Shown piece after piece: positions 42,117-51,126 of a stretch of 64,000 nt of DNA. The first letter of the stretch is position 1. Every line of letters begins with the position of its first letter. Origin of the DNA: Epithemia pelagica (lineage: Eukaryota > Protista > Bacillariophyta). The notes under the pieces are model-generated. The model made no database searches. It was given only the letters and a program-made list of their open reading frames with translations, and was not told the DNA's origin. The stretch is from NCBI GenBank assembly GCA_946965045.2, contig OX337228.1, positions 6,919,077 through 6,983,076 on the forward strand. The letters are read 5' to 3'. Both the position numbers and the translations under genes were made by a program.

Positions 42117-43396
42117 AAGAACATGCAACAGAACAAGGGAATGCACACACGATACACACAAGTCTCTGGCTATGTTTGTGGAGAACAAAACGAAACTCTA
42201 ACTTGCATACCGTGAAACGAGGAGGAGAAGAAGAAGAAGAAGAAGAACCGAGGATCCACCACAAACACACCATATGCATGACAAGCTTTACACAATTCTC
42301 GAAACAACCACGACAACAATCAAGGAACAAAGAAAAAGGGTTGCTTGTGGATGGTCTAATTTCTTACAAATAATCTGTAGAATGCGTTCGTTAGCTATGG
42401 ATGAGACCACTAGTCCAGAGGGAACTTGCCGTAGGTGGAGACGATTCGAACAGCTTAGGTCTATATGGTTTGCAAAGAGGAAGGGTTCCCTACTTCCTAC
42501 ATCGAACTCATCCTACTCTACTTCCATTCCAGAAGAGAGTGGATGGGTTTGATCTGTTCATTATGCACGGCACAGGGACAAGTCGAAAAGGTCTCGACGC
42601 ATCATGGACCAAGGACGATTTTACCTCGTAGCCAAGGAACCAAGAGTTGACAGCAGGGCGTCGTCGTATGTGGAACGTTGAACTAAACACAAGGCATGGA
42701 TTCCAACAAAAGAACACGCCTTTGGGTGGTACGTAGTTTCCAGATACAAGTAGGGTGTCTGTGGATGGATGGTAAGCTCTCCTCCTGCAAAGGATCTTTT
42801 TGTTGGTTTGGTTGGACCGTATCTTTTTCGAGTTCTCGTTTGTGTCTTGTTGGTTGAATGCTTGTGGACACCAAAAATACCTTTTTGGCAACCAACAAAG
42901 GGGCAACGCAACGAGAGCCACAACAATCAATGCTCTCTCTCCTGGAGGCAAGTTCCCATTGCCCACAAGATACCCAAAGATACCCTCAACTTTGCGCGCA
43001 TCGCGCTCGAATAACTGCGACTCGCTACTTCCACCCGCAATCGGGCGATGCGAATTTCAGGCCTCGTTGCAGATGCTCTTCTGGATCGTACCGCCGAGAA
43101 GTAAGACAAGTTCTGAGTCTGCCACTGCCACGTTCCGACACACACAATACAGTGCCTCGCATACGCACATCACCACCATGTGGGTCAGAATTCAACAACC
43201 CACCAACAATACCGACGATTGAGGCGAATACAATCGACCAAAGTAGTCTCGCTGCTGCTGGAACTACGATTCATTCGTTGTTGCTGTTGTCAACGTCGTT
43301 GTTGTTGTCAGTTTCATCCACATTCTTCTATTCTGGCCACGATCGAACCGTCCATCTTTCTCTTTCTCATCCTCCTCCTTCGACTCGAGACATCCC

Positions 43397-43460
43397 TTTC
43401 GATTGATTGATCGACCAAACAAACAAACTTTCGATTGATTGATCGACCAAACAAACAAAC
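43397..43460. repeat. 32-bp tandem duplication just upstream of CYP97
   Basis: tttcgattgattgatcgaccaaacaaacaaac x2. Confidence 0.9.
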
Positions 43461-43499
43461 GACGACAAGTGCACCAAAGAACGAAACTATACCAATCTG

Positions 43500-46203
43500 A
43501 TGAGGAGTCCAACGTCCAGAAACCCTGCCGTCTCCAAGACCCATGCGGTTGTTTTGGTGTCGGCCATCATGGCCTGGTGTGCCAGTTTGTCGCAGGCCTT
43601 TGTGATTCCCCACTCGACGACCGCACGATCTTCGACACCATTGAAAGTGTCTCGAGAACTGGAACCACCACCCCCGACGCAACAAGAGGACGACAATGAC
43701 GACAACGACATGGACCAACCAACCAAGGGCCGCAACATTCCTCGAACCTTGCGCATTAGCAATCTCTCCAAAAAACTCTCGTCGTCGTCCTCCTCCTTTG
43801 CCTCGAGCAGCAGCAGTACGACAGGATCCACAGCAACAGCACCACCCACCGTGACACCCCTGACGATTACAACGCGCGGCCGTCAGGGTGGCAATGGTGG
43901 CGATCCTCCTCCGGTCCAATTTTTGGATTTGTCTTCGTACGAATCCACCTTGATTGATTCTTGGGAACAACAAGAGGATGCCCAACGCGGCTTTGATTGG
44001 GAAATTGAAAAGCTGCGTCGCTACTTTGCTGGTTTGCGCATGAAGGACGATGGTCAATGGATTCAACACAAGAAACAAGCCACACCGTGGTTGTCCAATT
44101 ACCTCGTTCAACCACCGGTCGAAGATCCGACACCACCCACGACACTTGATGTGGCCAAGGTCGTGGTGGCCAATGTCTGGACGACCGTGTCGCAAAAACC
44201 TTTTTTTGGTGGCGCCACACCGGTACCGACGGCCTTGATTCAAAAGTACGAAGGCTCCTTCTTTTCCTTTATCAAGGGCGTCTTGGGTGGCGATTTGCAA
44301 ACCTTGGCCGGGGGACCGCTGTTTCTTTTGTTGAACAAGTACTTTGCCACCTATGGACCCATTTTCAATCTATCCTTGTAAGTACCTAGTCGTTCTTGTT
44401 GTGCTGGTGGTTGTGGGAGTGGAACGTGAGTGTGTGTTTCGAGGTCGAGACCTTGAATTCTCGAGTGTCATTTCTCACTCGACTGGATGTGTCTGACTGT
44501 TTGACTCCTGTGTGTTCTCTCGGCATGTGTTCGGTGGATGGAATGCAACCTGTTGGCGTTCCGTTTGTGGTCATTTTCTCCTTGATTCGTCCAACGAACG
44601 ACACAGTGGTCCCAAATCCTTTCTCGTCATTTCGGACCCGGTCATGGCCAAGTCGGTCCTCAAATCTTCACCCGTTCATTATTGCAAGGGCATGTTGGCC
44701 GAAATTCTCGAACCCATTATGGGCAAGGGCCTCATTCCGGCCGATCCGCAAACGTGGAAGGTCCGACGACGGGCCATTGCCCCCGGCTTTCACAAAAAGT
44801 GGCTTCACAACATGATGAACTTGTTTGCCGATCGAGCCGACATTCTGACACACAATCTACTCCAACAAGTCGAACAAAACAGCAACAACAAGGACAAGAG
44901 TGTCGTGGTGGATATGGAAGAACGATTTTGCAGTGTCACATTGGATATTATTGGCAAGAGTATCTTCAATTACGATTTTGGCTCGGTCACCAAGGAGTCG
45001 CCCATTGTCAAGGCGGTCTACCGTGTCTTGCGCGAAGCCGAACATCGCTCCACAAGCTTTATTCCCTACTGGAATTTGCCCTACGCCGATCAATGGATGG
45101 GTGGACAAGTCGAGTTTCGTCAAGATTTGACCATGCTCAATGATATTCTGGCCAATCTCATCAATCAAGCCGTGTCGACCCGACGAGAAGCCACGATTGA
45201 AGAATTGGAACAACGGGAAAACTCGGACGATCCATCCTTGTTGCGATTCTTGGTTGATATGCGAGGAGAAGATTTGAGCTCCAACGTCTTGCGCGATGAT
45301 CTCATGACCATGTTGATTGCCGGCCATGAGACGACGGCGGCCATGTTGACGTGGACGCTGTTTGAACTCTATCGAGGAGATGCTGGATTGCTACAAGAAA
45401 TACAAAATGAAGTCCGAACAGTCCTCAAGGACAAGGATCGACCTGATTATGACGACTTGATTGCCATGAAAAAGTTGCGCTTTGCCCTGATTGAGTCCTT
45501 GAGATTGTATCCGGAACCTCCTGTACTGATTCGACGTGCCCGAACAGATGATACCCTACCCAAGGGCAGTTCCAAGCTCATGGAACATGCCAAGGGAATT
45601 CAACTCTTGAGAGGGACAGATATCTTTGTGTCCACCTTTAATTTGCACCGAAGTCCCGATTTGTGGGAAAATCCGCTCGAATTTGATCCAACCCGATGGG
45701 AACGACCCTTTCAGAATTCCAAGGTGACCGGTTGGGCTGGCTACGATCCCGACAAGGGTGCCATGGGTCTCTACCCCAACGAAGTATCGACCGATTTTGC
45801 CTTTTTGCCCTTTGGTGGTGGTCAACGCAAGTGTGTCGGCGATCAATTCGCCATGATGGAAGCCACGGTTACCATGTCCATGATTCTCAAAAACCTGGAC
45901 TTTTCCTTTGCCATTGCACCGGAAGATGTCGGAATGAAAACCGGAGCCACGATTCACACCATGAATGGACTCCTCATGAATGTGCGGCCCGCCGATTCCA
46001 ACCAGGCATCCTCATCAGCAGCGACGGAGGATGCCACTCCCACAACGACGGGTTGGTGGGAACTGCAACATTTGAAACGAGGATTCAGTGCCAGTGGACG
46101 GCCTTTTGAAGATTTGGCATCCAAAGGTAGTGGTGTTCCTCCCCGAAATGACGATGACAAGAAGGAGGATTCGACAGCGTCGGCGTGTCCAGCACACTTG
46201 TAA
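43500..46203 (+). CDS. CYP97: Cytochrome P450 CYP97-family carotenoid hydroxylase, plastid-targeted (intron 44378-44606)
   Basis: Presequence ..SLSQA-FVIP; NLSFGPKSFLVISDP after splicing; KGMLAEILEPIMGKGLIPAD; AGHETTAA; ESLRLYP; heme motif FLPFGGGQRKCVGDQFA. Confidence 0.95.
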
Positions 46204-46296
46204 CACAGTAGCTTGCTGGCCCTGGACATCCACCCACTGCCCGTCACGGCACCGACGGGTCCACCTGTACAGTACCACGTTCTCGACCACCATTAC

Positions 46297-46584
46297 CAAA
46301 GCCAAACGAGCAGAACACCACCACCACCAACAACAACAACAACAACGTCCCCTTATGGACTGTAGCATTGGCAGGGGAAAACCTTTCCTGAGTAACATTT
46401 GAGTAGCTGCAGCTATCCTAGAACGAATCTTTCTCCGACTGCATTGTCATGTTTCTAGTAAGTCGTAAGTCATGTTTCTAGTAAGTCTTTAATTAGGAAG
46501 GCCATCCAAAACAAGGGGATCCGTTCACCACTTCAGATCCGGCATTGTAGCCTCTATTGTAGCAGAGGATGGCTAGCCTTTGCG
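46297..46584 (+). repeat. Direct repeat A (partner 47791-48006)
   Basis: Shared blocks caaagccaaacga, tagcattggcaggggaaa, gagtaacatttgagtag, ccgactgcatt..catgtttcta. Confidence 0.85.
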
Positions 46585-46635
46585 AATGCGAAGGATAGCT
46601 CGGGTCGCGGATGGACTGCGAGTTCGTTAAAAACA

Positions 46636-47682
46636 ATGAGTGAGGACCTTGTCTCTGCAAAGAGGTCTATCGGATCCCTCGAAGGGAATAACGATGCCGG
46701 CAAAGAGAGCGACGATGAAACAAGCGGCCGCCCAGAAAAGGTTGCCCGCGTCAGCGAATCTCCGGAGGATTGTTTTTGGCTTGATGACACTGACGTTTTA
46801 ACGGCGATCCGAGAAATTGAGAAAATCCAACCCGCCAAACTGGAAGTGAAACACATTGTTGACTTTTACAAGCGCTTTCCAAATCACCCTATTGTACTGT
46901 CGTGTCTGGGTGATTCTATGGAGAAGGTTTGCGCTGGCATTGACCCCGAATGCATTGCTGACTTCTTGTTCCAAACAAAGAAGGGCGCACGCCGCTCACC
47001 TGTTTACCTGCGAGATGTAATCACTGCTCTTGTGGAAAGCGGAGTCGACAACACAACAGATTATAAAGGAAACTCTTCGTTTCTTCCTGTGGGGATAACG
47101 GGTGAAGATTGGGGTAATGCAATTGGGACCATTTTCTCCAAGTTTTCGAACCAAGTTTACTGTTTCCGAATGGGTAACGGCACTACAACAGTGCCCGATT
47201 TTGTTCGTCTGGCCAAGCCTTTGAAGAAGGGCCGAAAATGTACGGTCTGCGACCTCGTGCCACTACTTCGCCATTTGTGGATGAACCCATACCTTGGGGC
47301 TGGTGGGTGGACAGATGAAATGAAGGACCTACACGGTCGCTACGACAAGTTTGTGGACAGCCGTAAATGGTTGGATCGAGCTCTCGACCCAGGCTTTATC
47401 TTTGTGGAAAATCCTCCTGCTCATGCGATTCTTGCAGGTTGGATTGCCGATGTGCCTCTTCAGGCGAACCATGCTGGACCGCCAATCGCGGGTGTCACAC
47501 CAAGTTGTCTAGCTGCTGCACCTGCTGCCGTGGCGGGGTTTTCCAGCTTGTTTCGTGTGGCAGATCTCGAAGAAGCGCGTGTCGCAGTCCTGAGCCTGCG
47601 CAACAGCTCTACTGCAGCTGCAATGCCTAATACTCGGTTTTTTGCAGTCAACACGCGCTTGGGTGGTTGCACTCACTACTAG
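46636..47682 (+). CDS. Orphan intronless globular protein (348 aa)
   Basis: Intact ORF of ordinary complexity; no family recognised. Confidence 0.7.
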   Translation: MSEDLVSAKRSIGSLEGNNDAGKESDDETSGRPEKVARVSESPEDCFWLDDTDVLTAIREIEKIQPAKLEVKHIVDFYKRFPNHPIVLSCLGDSMEKVCAGIDPECIADFLFQTKKGARRSPVYLRDVITALVESGVDNTTDYKGNSSFLPVGITGEDWGNAIGTIFSKFSNQVYCFRMGNGTTTVPDFVRLAKPLKKGRKCTVCDLVPLLRHLWMNPYLGAGGWTDEMKDLHGRYDKFVDSRKWLDRALDPGFIFVENPPAHAILAGWIADVPLQANHAGPPIAGVTPSCLAAAPAAVAGFSSLFRVADLEEARVAVLSLRNSSTAAAMPNTRFFAVNTRLGGCTHY

Positions 47683-47790
47683 AGATGGCGTACTAACAAG
47701 ACATTCTGAATTGATTCAAAAATGAATAGCCTGAGAAATGATCTCGCACACCGGCTACAGGCACAACGCGAGCGGCAGGGATATATCACG

Positions 47791-48006
47791 CAAAGCCAAA
47801 CGAACACAACAACAACATCCCCTTGTGGACTATATAGCATTGGCAGGGGAAATCATCCACGAGTAACATTTGAGTAGGAACAGATATCCTAGAAAGAACC
47901 GACTGCATTTTCATGTTTCTATGGTAAAGTCTTTCTTTGGGAAAACCATCCAGATCCAGAGAACATCAGTAGTCCATTGTAGCTGTGAGATGGTTAGCCT
48001 AAAGCG
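47791..48006 (+). repeat. Direct repeat B
   Basis: Diverged copy of 46297-46584. Confidence 0.85.
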
Positions 48007-48026
48007 CAATACGGTGCGCTAGCTAG

Positions 48027-48944
48027 CTAGCTACTCCTCGATGTCTCAACTTGGTAGTATTCTAATTAGGGATAAGGAAAAACATTTTCGTTGGAGATTG
48101 CGGGAAATGGGAGGATATGCTTTACGTTCGGGATATTTCATAGAAAATCTGTTTTTGTCAATCTTCGGATCGCTCTGATTTGCGTTTTATGTTCTTGAGA
48201 AAAGATGACTGCCAGACCGCCACGTACTACCACGTATCGCCACGAATCACTTTAAAATGGCCGTTCCTTGATATTCTGCAAAAACAAAAATCGACACATG
48301 ACATCACCTTTTTGTAGACAATTGCGCGACACGCCGTCCTTTGGCATTTACAAAACCAAAACCTATAACCGCACTTTTTCCCCCAAGGCCCCCAATAGTC
48401 CCCATATTCACTTTGATGATTTGAATACTACAATTATCAAAGTAAGACATTAGGAGGACGTTCCGTCTTCCTCTTCATTGAGGTTAGGGGGGCCGTTGGA
48501 GTCGAACGCGCGCCGTTCAAATCCTAAACCGTCATTTTTGTTTCTGTAGGGCCCAATGTACACTAGCAAGAAGAAAGCACTATCCCTAATGTCTGTTCAG
48601 CTTTTGCCGGCCTGCAAAAGTTGGACCCAACTTTTGCAGTCTCAAAAGCTGAAACAGCGTAGAACCCGGATTTGACGCCATATTTCCGGGTTTTTTGTGA
48701 CGTGTCACGCTCCAACTTTTGTTTTTGCAGAATATCAAGGAACGGCCTCAAGTCGTCACGACAATACCACACTACAGCTCCATCTTATTTCTGAATCGGA
48801 AAACATAAACTAAAACGATGCAAATTTGGCTCTTGTTCGTAACGGATCCGATCTAAAAATTCTATCCAGAAAATGCAAAACGTCAACTATTCCTCACGAT
48901 TCCCGGGACTACCATGAGGGTAGACTAGCTAGAGGAGTAGCTAG
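48027..48944 (+). mobile_element. Non-autonomous DNA element (MITE-like) with 13-bp inverted termini
   Basis: CTAGCTACTCCTC (48027-48039) and GAGGAGTAGCTAG (48932-48944); may read as TA|CTCCTC...GAGGAG|TA. Second copy at 39640-40025; no long ORF. Confidence 0.8.
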
Positions 48945-49788
48945 AGCAATGGAGAACGGATAGCAAAGGTCGGATACATCTGCGACACAACGTGTACCGT
49001 CAAGTTCAAGTGCATCACGCATATCAGACCAAAGTTCCGTTGGGGGAGAAGGATGCGGGACATCTCAGCTGCGAATGGTAGTCTTCAAGTAATACTCTCA
49101 GTCGCAGAGCCGGCGAAAATTCAGACAGTTCACGCGCGTCACTGATGGCACTCATGACAAGTTGCTTGACACCATTCATGCCTGTTGTTTTCGCTTTGGC
49201 CATGTCCTATTCTGTGACCAACTATACCTTGTTCGAGGTTGGAGTTGAATGAGTGTCAGCAGTCAGCGTCAGCAGTCATTGATTGATTGATTGTGTTTGT
49301 TGTACTAGTATCATCACTGAGAGTTGATTGATTGATTGACATTTTGGGTCTTCTGGAAAAGAAGCGCATAGGGTTTGGTCGGCTTCTTCCCACTTTTCGG
49401 CTTCGCACTCGTTTTCAAACAACTTGCATCCAACCGAAACAACAACAAGAGACCTACCAACCATCAAATTTCACCTCGCTTGGCGTTTTTTGGTTCGGTT
49501 CGGCTTCGTAGATCAGTCCATCACACATCGGCTTGGATCCATCAACAAGGCAATCATCATCCAGGAAGCAAGCTTCGATCGTGAGATACGGTGAAGAGCG
49601 ATTCGTTTTTCGCGGAGAATGGAACAAAGAGGGGAGTCTTATCAAGAGTGATCGAGAAACACATCAAAATCAGCAGCAGCGAGTACGATTCCACCATCAA
49701 TTTTGCAGTCTAGAACATTTACCACCAACACACCACACATTGTTTATACCACTTTTCCCCCTTCTCATTCTCATTTTTCGGCTCCAGA

Positions 49789-50907
49789 ATGGGCAACCAA
49801 CCATCCTCTTCCGAAGCTGCTCCTCCATCCTCCGCTTGTGATTCACACGCTGCAACAATGGACCATCAAATTAGACAGCAAGTACTTGCAACATCATCGG
49901 CGGTCGCAACCGAGGCAGTTTCGGACGGCTCCCACTCCACGACTTTGAAGCCGACCATGACACGCTCGATATCCGTCCGAGATAACACTTTGAACCAAGA
50001 AGAGAATGCTTTCAAACTCAGAGATCAAGCAGCGGCTATACCGGGTTCCTTGCCACCAACTCATGCCCATTCTGTCTCAACCAAGACACGGCATCGTCCA
50101 CCACACAACTACTTGCCCCACATGGATCCCAAAGAGTCGATAGGAGGGATCCGTATGCCCTCTTTGTATCGTTCTACAGGTAATGATGCAGATTATTCCG
50201 AGAATGACCATGAGGAACGAGTCACCGTGAGTCCGCAATATGGCTTTTATGTCAATTTGACTCCAGAATCACCACAAAAGTACTATGCCGCACAACGAGG
50301 TGCCAGCCACACCAAGCACCCATCGAAATCGTCTCTCCCTGCCACGAGATTGACTACAGTGCCATCTGCCACGGAGGTGTCCTGCAGTAGCAATAGCACT
50401 GCCGAAACCAGCAGTTCCAGCTCAAACGGTGCGTCGTCTTCATCCTCGGATGCTGCTTCAGATGATGCAAGACACGTTTTCTCTCAGTCCTCCGATCCTG
50501 CATCGAGATCGCAAGTACTGGGCCCTTATCGGAACGGGAACGTTACGAGACCAGCCGGTGTTAATCCCGTCTTTCAAGGCTTGTTACAACAACATAAAAC
50601 CAACCGAGCGATGGCAATTCGATCGTCGGGAGGCGGTGCTTCACCGCGGCCTACCCATTCTTCCATCAGATCACAAGAACCGAATTCTACAAGAGTAATA
50701 CCACAACAACAACCGGCATCGAAAGCTCAGGAACATTCCGGTAGCCCGGAAGGACCCAACTGCTCTTTTCCCAATGCGCAATCGTCACAAGGTGACTGCG
50801 TACGATCCACCTCCGCTGCTATGTCCACCTGCTGGAAAGCACAATCCTATCCGGCTCATCCAGCACCACGCACTTGCTATGTCAATTTTCCTACTGCGCC
50901 GCTTTAG
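49789..50907 (+). CDS. Hypothetical disordered protein with an N-myristoylation consensus (372 aa)
   Basis: Starts MGNQPSS (G2, S6); short ordered motif VSPQYGFYVNLTP. Confidence 0.75.
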   Translation: MGNQPSSSEAAPPSSACDSHAATMDHQIRQQVLATSSAVATEAVSDGSHSTTLKPTMTRSISVRDNTLNQEENAFKLRDQAAAIPGSLPPTHAHSVSTKTRHRPPHNYLPHMDPKESIGGIRMPSLYRSTGNDADYSENDHEERVTVSPQYGFYVNLTPESPQKYYAAQRGASHTKHPSKSSLPATRLTTVPSATEVSCSSNSTAETSSSSSNGASSSSSDAASDDARHVFSQSSDPASRSQVLGPYRNGNVTRPAGVNPVFQGLLQQHKTNRAMAIRSSGGGASPRPTHSSIRSQEPNSTRVIPQQQPASKAQEHSGSPEGPNCSFPNAQSSQGDCVRSTSAAMSTCWKAQSYPAHPAPRTCYVNFPTAPL

Positions 50908-51126
50908 AACTCGTTCGTTCAGCAAAAACATCGTAAATGTATATAGTGAAATCTTGGGCAACCTATACGACATTGTACATCATTTTCCATCGGATGAGTG
51001 GATCTAGGCCGCCGAAAATGTGGGAAGCAAAACTATAGTGCATCTACAAATGGTTCACTCTTGGCATACAATTTCTCTGAAGTGCTACTACTCTTACGCT
51101 GGCTATCGACAGCAAAATAGGCTTTC

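Noticed and set aside
42508-43180. Minus-strand ORF pieces between TauD and CYP97
   Set aside because: Interrupted by a stop, no recognisable motif; could be intergenic.
40263-46203. Domoic-acid (dab)-type cluster of dioxygenase plus P450
   Set aside because: The P450 is clearly CYP97-type, and no terpene-cyclase-like prenyltransferase gene is present.
46297-48006. LTR retrotransposon
   Set aside because: No TG..CA termini, PBS, PPT or gag/pol motifs seen; the repeats look like duplicated 3' flank.
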